This document shows positions 38,582-49,412 of a DNA stretch of 64,000 nucleotides, piece after piece; positions within the stretch are counted from its first letter, which is position 1; the number at the start of each line of letters is the position of its first letter. The DNA comes from Eledone cirrhosa (lineage: Eukaryota): positions 254,448,001 through 254,512,000 of the forward strand of contig OZ024742.1 in NCBI GenBank assembly GCA_964016885.1, written 5' to 3'. The translations under genes and the position numbers were made by a program. Under the pieces are notes generated by a model. It worked only from the letters and a program-made list of their open reading frames with translations. It was not told the DNA's origin and did not search any database.

Positions 38582-41500
38582 ATGGACTGCGGAATCCTGG
38601 AGAGTGGAGGTGAGAGAGAAAAATCTGGACGCTCAGCGACAATGCCAAAGATAAAGACAAATTCACCCCTTGGACGAGAATGCGAGCACTCCTCATTGTT
38701 TCGACCGCGGACGGCTAACATAACCCCATCGCCCCCCGCCCCTCACCGCCCCCAACCCCCAAACGCAATCCAAAACTTCAGAGTTGGTACCATAAATGTA
38801 GGCACCCTAAAGGGTCGCGCTAACGAGGTTGTAGAAATGCTTGAACGTAAGGAGGTCGATGTTTGTTGTATTCAAGAGACCAGGTGGAGGGGTGGGTCTG
38901 CTAGGTTCATTGAGGGTAAAAAACGTTGTTATAAGCTTTTCTGGGTGGGAAACGACGATGGGCTGGGTGGAGTAGGAATCATGGTAGCAGAAAAGTGGGC
39001 AGATAAGATAATAGACGTAAATAGAGTGAACGACAGAATAATTAAAATACGACTTGTCCTCAATAGAACTACGGTGACAGTAATATCTGCGTACGCACCC
39101 CAATCCGGACTGCCCGGCACTATAAAAGACAGATTCTATGAGACACTGATGCTAACTACCTCCCAAATATCCGACAGTGACTATATAATTATCGCAGGCG
39201 ACCTAAATGGTCACGTTGGACAACATTGTGACGGCTACGACGAAATCCATGGAGGCTATGGGTTTGGTACTAGAAATGAGGAAGGCTCCAGAATCCTGGA
39301 ATTCTGTGATGCAAATAACCTAACTATCTGTAACACTAACTTCAAAAAACGTGACAATCACCTGATCACCTATAGATCCGGGGAACACACAAGCCAGGTA
39401 GATTATATCCTTACCAGAAGACGTGACAGAGTGTCTGTTGTTAACACTAAATCCCTCCCCCATGAAGAATGCACCTCCCAACATAGACTGATAATTAGCG
39501 ACCTCATAGTCAGGACGAGACGTACTCGACAACAGAAGAGGACTATCCTCAGGAGGAAAATATGGAAGCTAAAGGACCCCACAGCCAGGAATAAATTTCA
39601 AAGCATATTACTTGATGCTTTCGACAGTAAGGAAGAACATTTAGAGTCGGACAATATAGAGGGAGAGTGGGAATTTCTGAAAGCAAACCTGCTGTTGGCG
39701 ACAGACGAGGTCTGTGGCTGGAGCAGGCCTGTAGGCAGGAGGAGAGTAACATGGTGGTGGAACAGTAAGGTGGAGGGGTCAATTAAGGCCAAAAAGCAGG
39801 CTTGGAAAGTATGGCGGGATGGGGGAAGTAGAGAGGACTATCAAGTGGCCAGGAGGGAAGCTAGGAGACAAGTGTACTTAGCAAGAAGGGAAGCTGAGGA
39901 AAGAAAGTTCAAGCATGTTCTACAACGCGATGACCAAAAACGTGAGGTGTTCAGGATTGCTAGGCAATGCGTCAAGGAAAACCGTGATATTGTCGGGGAG
40001 AAGTGTGTACTAAACGACGATGGCACACTTGCCATCACCGACGCTGATAAGAAGGTAGCTTGGAAGTGTCACTATGAAAGGCTTCTAAATGAGGAGAATA
40101 ATTGGGAGAAAGGCAGTCTCCCCCATATCGACCCAATAGAGGGACCAGCAGTGTTAGTCGAGGGGAGTATAATAAGTAAGGCAATCAAGGATATGAAGAC
40201 TGGTAAGGCGGCTGGGCCTTCGGAAATAGTTGCTGAGATGCTGAAGGCATCTGGCACGGTGGGACACACCATGGTCACCCGCATAGTTAACCAAGTCGTA
40301 CAAAACGGGGTTGTTCCGAAGGACTGGCATAGCAGCATCATCGTTAACTGTTATAAGGGTAAAGGAGACGCCCTAGATAGGAGTAACTATAGAGGCATTA
40401 AATTAATCGACCAGGTCATGAAGGTCACGGAAAGAGTAATAGCGCAACTAATCAGAGAGAGAATTGACCTAGATGAAATGCAGTTCGGGTTTGTGTCAGG
40501 CAAAAGTACCACAGACGCTCTTTTCATAGTACGACAACTACAAGAGAAGTACCTAGCTAAAGGTAAACCCCTCTACTTAGCTTTTGTCGACTTGGAGAAA
40601 GCCTTCGACAGAGTCCCCCGCTCCATTATCTGGTGGGCTCTTAGAAAACTAGGCGTTGACGAATGGCTTGTGAGGGCTATACAAGCCATGTATAAAGAAA
40701 CAGTCAGCAAGGTTAGAATTAACAACGAATATAGTGAAGAGTTTAGCGTAAAAGTCGGCGTCCATCAGGGCTCTGTTCTCAGTCCACTACTATTTATTAT
40801 TGCCCTTCAGGCCATAACAGAGGAGTTCAAGACAGGCTGCCCATGGGAACTCCTATACGCAGACGACCTGACACTCATAGCGGAATCAATGGCCGAGCTA
40901 GAGAAGAAATTCCAAACATGGAAGCACGGCCTAGAGTCAAAAGGACTTAAAATTAACCTGGCTAAGACCAAAGTACTAGTTTGTAGGAAAGAAAACAAGG
41001 CGGCGGTCCCTTCTGGGAAATGGTCGTGCTCGGTGTGTAGGAAAGGCGTAGGTAGAAACTCCATTTTATGTCCTAAATGCAAAGTATGGGTGCATAAAAG
41101 ATGTAGTGGGATCACAGGTAGGCTAACTAAGAACATAGATTTTACATGTGGCCGGTGCTCTGGTGCAATAAGTAGCAGCAAGTGCCCACAAACTACTAGC
41201 TCTTTCAATTGCGCAGAGGGTTCTATAGAAATAGTGGACAGCTTCCGTTACCTGGGCGATAAAATCAGCAGTGGGGGAGGGTGCTCTGAAAGTACTGTAG
41301 CTAGAGTCAGAACTGGTTGGAAAAAGTTCAGAGAGCTTATACCACTATTAGCTGCTAAAGGGTTCTCACTAAAAATGAAAGGCAGGTTGTACGATGCCTG
41401 CATACGAACAGCAATGCTGCATGGCAGTGAGACCTGGGCATTGTGTGCAGAGGATACACGCAGACTAGAGAGGAACGAAGCTTGCATGCTCCGCTGGATG

Positions 41501-41812
41501 TGTAACAGTAATATACGTGAACGGCAAAGCATAAACGAACTAAGGAATAAATTAGAGATAAGAGGGATCAGATGTTGTTTACTCGAGAGAAGGCTACGTT
41601 GGTATGGACACGTGATGCGCATGAAAGTCGATAGCTGTATAACAAAGTGCAGGGCAATAAAGATAGACGGTAGTCACGGAATAGGCAGACCTAGAAAAAC
41701 CTGGGACGAGCTGATAAACTCCGACATCACACACTTACACCTCTCCAAGACAATGTCACTGGACCGAGACCTTTGGCGGTACTCAGTAACAGAGAAGACC
41801 CGCCTTACCTAA
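38582..41812 (+). CDS. RTE ORF: APE endonuclease, reverse transcriptase and PHD-like zinc finger (1076 aa)
   Basis: APE motifs GTINVGTL, CIQETRW, SAYAPQ, GDLNGHVG, DYIL, SQHRL. RT motifs NYRGIKL, QFGF, DLEKAFD, GVHQGSVLSP, YADD. C4HC3 pattern CSVC...CPKC...HKRC...CGRC. The true start may be the downstream ATG (MPKIK). Confidence 0.97.
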   Translation: MDCGILESGGEREKSGRSATMPKIKTNSPLGRECEHSSLFRPRTANITPSPPAPHRPQPPNAIQNFRVGTINVGTLKGRANEVVEMLERKEVDVCCIQETRWRGGSARFIEGKKRCYKLFWVGNDDGLGGVGIMVAEKWADKIIDVNRVNDRIIKIRLVLNRTTVTVISAYAPQSGLPGTIKDRFYETLMLTTSQISDSDYIIIAGDLNGHVGQHCDGYDEIHGGYGFGTRNEEGSRILEFCDANNLTICNTNFKKRDNHLITYRSGEHTSQVDYILTRRRDRVSVVNTKSLPHEECTSQHRLIISDLIVRTRRTRQQKRTILRRKIWKLKDPTARNKFQSILLDAFDSKEEHLESDNIEGEWEFLKANLLLATDEVCGWSRPVGRRRVTWWWNSKVEGSIKAKKQAWKVWRDGGSREDYQVARREARRQVYLARREAEERKFKHVLQRDDQKREVFRIARQCVKENRDIVGEKCVLNDDGTLAITDADKKVAWKCHYERLLNEENNWEKGSLPHIDPIEGPAVLVEGSIISKAIKDMKTGKAAGPSEIVAEMLKASGTVGHTMVTRIVNQVVQNGVVPKDWHSSIIVNCYKGKGDALDRSNYRGIKLIDQVMKVTERVIAQLIRERIDLDEMQFGFVSGKSTTDALFIVRQLQEKYLAKGKPLYLAFVDLEKAFDRVPRSIIWWALRKLGVDEWLVRAIQAMYKETVSKVRINNEYSEEFSVKVGVHQGSVLSPLLFIIALQAITEEFKTGCPWELLYADDLTLIAESMAELEKKFQTWKHGLESKGLKINLAKTKVLVCRKENKAAVPSGKWSCSVCRKGVGRNSILCPKCKVWVHKRCSGITGRLTKNIDFTCGRCSGAISSSKCPQTTSSFNCAEGSIEIVDSFRYLGDKISSGGGCSESTVARVRTGWKKFRELIPLLAAKGFSLKMKGRLYDACIRTAMLHGSETWALCAEDTRRLERNEACMLRWMCNSNIRERQSINELRNKLEIRGIRCCLLERRLRWYGHVMRMKVDSCITKCRAIKIDGSHGIGRPRKTWDELINSDITHLHLSKTMSLDRDLWRYSVTEKTRLT

Positions 41813-42301
41813 ATATATAGTAAAACCTACTCCAGCCAGTAGGCATCTCTAACAAATACACCCCGTCCCACCACCCCCACCCGATCCACACCACCCCGTT
41901 CTATGTAAAGTTATGTTGGTGCCGCGCCATCGAGGCCGAAACAAATGAGATCGTGTAGGTGTCACGACAAAAAAACACACAGTCCACGCTGTAATGTGGC
42001 CGTGTAGGCAACACGGCAAAAACCTCCCAGACCCACACTGTAAATGTGGTTGGTGTTAGGAAGGGCATCCAACTGTAGAAAACCTGCCAGACAGTCCTAT
42101 GCGAGCAAGACAATCACTCTTGCCTCAAGTGGGACTACCCCCGTCCAAACCCATGCAAGCGTGGAACACGGACGTTAAACGTTGATGATGATGATGATGA
42201 TGATATATATATATATATATAAATATATATACATATATACATATATATACATATATACATATATATATACATATATACATATATATATATATATCATCAT
42301 C

Positions 42302-43019
42302 ATATGATGCGTGTATCAGCAATGTTACATGGTAGTGAGACCTTGGCACTGAAGGTGCAAAACTTACGTACATTAGAGAGAAACGAAGCCTGCATGCTCC
42401 GATGGATGTGTAATAGTAATATACGCAACCGACAAAGCATAAATGAATTGAGAGAGAGACTGAGCATAAGAGGAATCAAATGCTGTGTGCAGGAGAGGCG
42501 GTTGCGTTGGTATGGACATGTGATGCATATGAAGGGTGACAGCTGCATAAAAAGGTGCAGAGCACTAGAAGTCGATGGAAACCGCGGAATGGGGAGACCC
42601 AAGATGACCTGGGATGAGGTGATAAAAGCCGACTTACCCAATTGCACCTCTCCAAGGCGATGACACACGACCGTGACCTCTGGCGTCATGCAGTAATACA
42701 GAGTACCCGACCTCCCATGGGTACAAGCTGAAGCATATAGACAATATGCCCCCACACCCTCCCACTGCAAGGTGGTCGTGGAGGAGCCACGGCAAAAAAG
42801 CACCCAGCCCACACTTTAAAGTGGACGTGTAGGCGCCACGGAAAAAGCACCCAGCACTCACTGTAAATGAGGTTGGTGTTAGGAAGGGCATCCAGCTGTA
42901 GAAATCAAGCCAAATCAGTTCCTGTATGAACAAGGCATGGTCAGCCGACCAGACACTGCCCACAACAGGACAACCCATCTAACCCATGCTAGCGTGGAAG
43001 AACGGACGTAAAACAGTGA

Positions 43020-43023
<4 letters not shown>
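42302..43023 (+). mobile_element. RTE LINE, family B, 5'-truncated
   Basis: ORF 42304-42663 is RTE C-terminus. 3' UTR matches 5990-6338. Confidence 0.92.
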
Positions 43024-43070
<47 letters not shown>

Positions 43071-43073
<3 letters not shown>

Positions 43074-44768
43074 CGTTTCTGAATTTGTTTAGCAAGATTC
43101 TTTATCTGAAAACGTGTGTTGAAACCGATATTGTTATACTTTGGAGGGTCATGTTGCCAATAAGAAACACACGCACCAGTTGCTCTCACTCCAATTTATT
43201 ATAAATTGAATTTATAAATTTAAGAATTTATAAATTTCTGGTTGGTTGGTTGGTTCCACAACCGGAGGGTTGTTCATATATTGTCAAAGTTCTTTCGTCA
43301 CACATTCTGTGACCTCTTCAGTGACTGGAGATTCTTTTCTTTGTTTTTTGCCTCTCCTTTGTTCTGTCCTACGCCATCTTGTTTTTGTGTGTGTTGTGTG
43401 CTTAGTTTGCACATGTGTTACATCCGGGTGTCTGTGTGTGTTTTTATTTGTTTATTTACATGTTACTGGTTGGTTGTTTGCTCTATGTGTGTGTGTGTTT
43501 TCATTTTGACCTTAATTGTAAGTTGTGATGTTGCTATTCCATTCATGCTTTCTATTTAATTTTGGTTGGAGTTCATTTATGTTTATTGCCTTTGTGATTT
43601 GTCTAAACATTGCGTCTTTTCTGTGTGTAGATTCTATTTTTATTTCTATGTTCTCTAATTTGCCTTTGTGTTCTATTTTAGCATGTTGGTGGAGTATTGA
43701 TGATTCTTTTTTATCTTGAAGCTCTCGCCAGTGTTCATTTAACCGTTCTCCTATACTAGGAGCTGTCTCACCTATATTCTTATCTTTACATTGTCCTTCA
43801 GTACATCTTATGCTATATACTACATTTCTAGTTTTACAGTTAATATGGGGGCTTAGTTTACAGATTATGCATTTCTTATCTATACAGGGAGGTCTTTATT
43901 ATTACTAATAAGTGTTTTTCTGGAGATACCTGGTTTTCTACTATCTTAATATTAAGTTTAAGTTTATCTAGGGCCCTTCTAAATTTGTAAGCTAATTCAC
44001 CTCTAGGGGTTGTGTTGATGAACATTACACTCTGGTATTTATTGCTATCATACCATGAGTTTATTCTATTAACCTTATTCGTAGTTCTTTCTATTCTATT
44101 CCAACATTTGCTCCTATACAAGGGGCAGGTCCCATTTGTATCATTATTTACCGTTTTTTCCCATTTGGTTCTGGCTCCTCTATATACTCTGATTTTATCT
44201 CTCTGATTGTAACCAGAGAACTGCATACGGTGGATGAAGTGTTGTATGTGTCTCTCTAGTTCTTTGGGGTTGCACATGCGGGACACGTTTCTCATCACCC
44301 GTACCAAATCCGCAATCAGTATGTTGATTTTAGTGTGATCCGAAACAGCTGAGTTTCGGTGGATCAGATATTTAGAAGTCATGGGTTTGGCATAATGGGA
44401 ATGGAGGATATGTTTTTTGTTATTAATGGTTTCTAGTACAGGTAATCGATGGTTGGGGTGTTTGCTTGGGTAGTCTATAGTAACTCTAATACTCTGGAGG
44501 ATGGAGTTAGCTATTTGCTGGATGCTTTCCATGGTGTTTTTCTCTAATTCCTGACTGTTCTCTAGTGGGGGTGTTTTTACTACGATGTTTATATCATCAA
44601 CGTAGCGGGAGTACATTATCAGGGTTAAGAGGTTGCTGTCTTCTAATTGTTCTTTAAGTTTAAGTTTAAGTTTATTGTCCCACCATACCATGAATAGGTT
44701 AGCTATGTCACCTGCAATGCTAACACCAATGGCTGCTCCCTCCTCTTGGGCATATGTTTTTCCATTAT
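43071..44768 (-). mobile_element. Penelope-like element: RT C-terminal half, C-terminal GIY-YIG endonuclease, 3' hammerhead motif
   Basis: YNGKTYAQEEGAAIGVSIAGDIANLFMVWWD...YSRYVDD...HYAKPM. After a frameshift: CIIC...NCKTRNVVYSIRC...IGET...RLNEH...LNRKHEW. Both ends abut (TA)n. Confidence 0.9.
43283..43325 (-). ncRNA. Minimal type I hammerhead ribozyme motif
   Basis: GUCA-CUGAAGA-G-GUCACA-gaaug-UGUGAC-GAAA-GAAC-UU-UGAC: 4-bp stem I, 6-bp stem II, intact core. Confidence 0.75.
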
Positions 44769-44779
44769 ATATATATATA

Positions 44780-45281
44780 GTCTATCAAAGTTCTTTTGTC
44801 ACACATCTGTGACATCATCAGTGGTGTTATTATGTTTCCTCCCATGTTATTGCAATGTCTACGCCATTTTTATTTTATTCATTTATTTATATTTATCTCT
44901 GTCTTTGTTTGCACATGCAGTTGCGTGTATATTTCTGTTTGTAGTGCGTGTTCGTGTTTGAGTCTATGTATTTTTCTATTCTATCTTTGTTCACTATTGT
45001 GTGTTTATGTGTGGTTATTGTTATTGTACTTGTGTATATATTTATTTATTTATTTATACTTACCTTTGGTCAGTATTGTGTGTTTGGGTATGGTTGTTGT
45101 TGTTATTCCATTCATTTATTTCTGTTCAACTTAGGTTTTCTTAGTTCTATTTCAGTTGTTTCTCTGATTTGCCTACCTGTTGAATCATTTCTATGTTTAG
45201 ATATTATTTTAATTTCTATATTGTCTATATTATCATCATGTCTTTGTCTGGCATGTTCATATAGAACTGAATTGTCTTTTT
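44780..45281 (-). mobile_element. 3' end of a related Penelope-like element with a decayed hammerhead (44784-44825)
   Basis: SVLYEHARQRH...RQIRE...PKLNR homologous to the neighbouring endonuclease. CUGAUGA-U-GUCACA...UGUGAC-AAAA-GAAC-UU, with the GAAA G mutated. Confidence 0.8.
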
Positions 45282-46924
45282 GTATATATATCTATATATA
45301 TCTATACACACACATATATGTGTGTATGTGGTAACACTCACACACTTATGTGTATATGTGTATACATATGTGTATATATATATAATTATGGATAGATTCC
45401 TGGTGGGTGTCAGGAGGTGACCATAATTAAAAAAGTTTCTCAAAACGTTGATAGAGTATAGACATTATTATATTACATAGAAAAGACTTCTACAAGACCA
45501 GGACTGTTTCATTCATATGAGACCATAAGGAAAGTGATGATTTTTCATATAAATGATAAGCTGCTGATGGCAAATTCTTTTTCTGTCTCTAAGGGTCTTC
45601 ACGTTATTTTATAAGTTATTTTATAGCATCTCTGTGCATGAGCACACCACTCTTTATGTTAAATTTATTTATTTATATATTTATTTATTTTATAGACAAA
45701 TGACTTCTACAAGACTAGAACTTCCTCAACACATGACTAAACAATCTCATACCATTTCTCTTCCAATTATTCTTCAATGCCTCTATTTCTGTTATTCCCT
45801 GTAATTCTGTGTTTGCCTCCTCTCTCTCAGTGATACTTTACTTACCCTCCCACCATTCTCATTTCCATTCTTTCCACCCATCTCTTCTGCTCCACGTTCA
45901 TCACACATGTCTCACTCCCATAAATCATGGCACAATTGACTCCGATTGACTCTGATCGCAATAAAATTATCCTAACATTTAAATAAAAGCTGCCGATGTG
46001 ATTATATGATGATGAAGATCTTTCATCACCTGCGGCTAATCAAAAATATATACATGTTGATTAAAACCACTCATATACTTCTACAGATGAATATTCAGGA
46101 ATAAATATATCATTTATTATGTTGACACAAAATATTGATTATCATTCTGAAATATTTATGAAGCTTATTCCTTCCACATTCATCAGAAATAAAAATAATT
46201 ATGTACGTTAATATAATTTATCAAAATGGGTTTTCGTGTGAAAATTTAGTATGTTTGTATGTGTTATTTTGTATCATATATTCTTATTTTGTATTTTTAA
46301 ATGCATTTCTGGCACAGATAAAGTGTAGATGAGTTTCATATATGCACATATATATGATATAAATTGCATTATAGTGATTGAGATAAAAACGTACTATTGA
46401 ATAATCATGATACAGGTGAAACCGCAGCATTTGAAAAATATTATTTAGATATAAATATCCATAGTTCCCCCACTGATAACAAAAGCTTACATTGAATAAA
46501 TGGGATCATGGAATTGTGTAAATATTTTTTTGTAGAATATCTTGTTCAGAAAACAATGAAAATATGACGATTTATAATAACTCCAAATGAAACAAAAAAA
46601 AAAAAAGAAAAGAAAATGGGCAGTTCACATCTATGCAAGATTAGTTGGTCTCCTACAAAGGTGTATCTCCACAGAGGTTCCAGGAGTACTTTAATGATAG
46701 AGGCTCCCGTCTCTAGTCCTATTAGGAAAAGCAATGTAAAATTAAGTGTCTTGCTGAAGAACATAATGCATGCTCCAGGAATTGAACCCATCATGATCTA
46801 ATAAATTTTAGTCTAAAACCCTAATCATTATTCAATAGGCCTTTCCTAGAATAGCATAATAAGGAATTATTTAATTAAAGATATCAATTACGATAATGCA
46901 TACAATCGTCTTATCTTATAATTT

Positions 46925-47815
46925 GCCCACTTATTTCTGAAAGGATTGTAGAAGCAGAGTCCTCAAACACTCCTTCCAGCAGGTCCTGTCAGAAGCAACC
47001 ATTTCTAACAGATCTGGCTGGATCCCCAAGCAAGAGCAGCCAAACTCGTGGATGTTATCCAGCCATCTTCCTCAGGATCTACACCTGGATCTCATACCAC
47101 TTGATTTTCTTGTAAAATCTGTCCAGTGATTCTTTCTTGAGGCATTCTAATGACATTCCCATAGTATGGGTGCTGTGATCTCTCAATGACTTCCTGATCT
47201 CTGAGTTATTAACTCTGTTAAATAATGTTACTCCAAAGACCCCCTTTTGGCCGCTTGTATTTATGATTGTACTCTTTTGGTCATTACCCAAGATTCCTGA
47301 CTATAGGGAAGAGTTTGCATAAATACTGAATTAAAGATAGTGAGTTTAGCTTTTACAACTACCTCCCTTCTTTTGATTACTGAATGCTGAAGCTGGCACA
47401 TTACTGCACCAGCTCCTGCAATTCTTGCATTTGATTCAGTCTTCTGCCTTCCATAACTCATGAACACGGCCCCAAGATACTTGAACTTCTCCGCCTGCTT
47501 CAGTGGAACTCAATTCAGTTGAGTGCACTGCACAGGCTTTCTTGAGAGTTTGAGTGTCCCAGTGTTTGCAGCACTAATTTTCATTCTTGCCATGCAGCAC
47601 TCAGCATCAACCCTATCAAGTGCATGTTGGAGATCACCATCTGTTGGATTAAGTAACACCAGATCATCTACAAATTCCAACCAACTGATTTTACATCTGC
47701 CAGTCATGATATCACTTCCAACCTGGCTGCACACATCAATCCTGTTCATGAAAATAATGAACAGAAGAGATGACAGTAGCAACCTTGGCAGAGTCTGACT
47801 CCTACATTGAACGGT
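46925..47815 (-). mobile_element. RTE LINE, family D fragment
   Basis: LLFIIFM...FVDDLVLL...VPLKQAEKFKYLG, with no PHD insert. 3' end matches 35300-35450. Confidence 0.85.
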
Positions 47816-48294
47816 TTCAATAATTAAAGGTATAGATTATGATAATGAATGTAAGGTATTATTCAGTTGATGCTATATATACTATGATAATGAATATAAT
47901 GAATTATCAAAGTAGAATTATAAATCATGATTATGATAAATAAAGCCATAATAATACAAATGACAACTAGGCTACATAACTTCACATCTGTGAAAAATAA
48001 ACTATAATTCTTTATAGACTGAGGCAATCAAAAACACACAAGACAGTAGAAAAGAAATTTGTTTGGAAACCAAATAACTTAGTTTACCACAAACCAAACC
48101 AAGCAGGAGATCTAATCTGGGATAAATGTCTAGACTGTCATTTATCTGAAAATAAGCTTTTTGCTGTTAAATATTTGATATTATTCTCAATGGTATTTTA
48201 TGTTAGATATTGTCACATATGAGATCCATTAACACAATGAAACTGTGTATTTTTAATTCAATTCTATTATGAAATAATCTGGCCCATTATCGTC

Positions 48295-48326
<32 letters not shown>

Positions 48327-48852
48327 TAATATTTTACATCTACTTTCCAATCAGACATAGTTTGGGTGTGTTGTTATTATGTGAGAATAGATGGATTGGA
48401 GAGACAACATCTTTGCATAGCTTCAACAAATGGATGCCCTTCCTAGTGCCAACCTATTTACAGGGTGTAATGGAGGAATGTATTGTGGCATCCACCAGCT
48501 CAAACATCTTACAGACTCTACCAGAAAATGCAGGCTCTAGAATGCCAAGAGGTGGTTAATATTGAAGAATACATTAGATTCTAATGCCTGTCTTAATATT
48601 AGAAGTGATTACACTTTACAAAATTTGTCCCTTGCTTCTGGCTTCCATGCAACAAGACACCCGTGATCCACCAGGAGTATCTCATCTTGCACCCACCTGA
48701 TGGCTGCTACAACACTGGCAAGTGGGCAAATTGAATTGGATCCCATGTGAGAATTGCACTTGGACCAATGAGCTATATCATGCAAAAAAATATATATATT
48801 CCACAAAAAATGTCTCACTTAAAAGTTGGAAGCATATATCATCATCATCATC

Positions 48853-48897
<45 letters not shown>

Positions 48898-49365
48898 GTT
48901 TAACGTCCATCTTCCACGCTAGCATGGGTTAGATGGTTTTGTTCCATTTGATTCGGGAATGGTCGGGAGACTGTACGGAAGTGTCTCTGGCAGATTTTTT
49001 ATGGCTGGATGCCCTTCCTAACACCAACCACATTTACAGAATATATATATTCACAAAGGTTGAAGATGGATATCGTCATGAAACTCTGGGTACCAAGAAA
49101 AATATATGCTTAGTTACCACGTATATTAAGTATTATAAAATACCTCTATGCTTACATATTGAGGGTTTATTGTTCCATAATTAGAATTTACACCCAGAAA
49201 ATTTTATATATATATATTTTGCCAGACAATATAATCTATATTTTGTGTATTAATCAAATTCCTTTACATACATACACACACATATATATTTATATATGTG
49301 TGTGGGTATGTGTGTGTGTATACATATGTTTCTAAATATTTCCACCAAATCCATAAATATAAATA

Positions 49366-49408
<43 letters not shown>

Positions 49409-49412
<4 letters not shown>

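Larger units (their letters stand above)
37874..42204 (+). mobile_element. Full-length RTE-clade LINE, family A, potentially active
   Basis: Putative 5' UTR, single intact ORF, about 370-bp 3' UTR and (GAT)n tail. Both ends abut (TA)n. Confidence 0.95.

Noticed and set aside
38807-41622. Recurrent antisense ORFs in RTE copies
   Set aside because: Shadows of the sense ORF. They recur only because the copies are near-identical.
49052-49096. UUGAAGA...GAAAC hammerhead-like motif
   Set aside because: Stems I-III do not pair convincingly.
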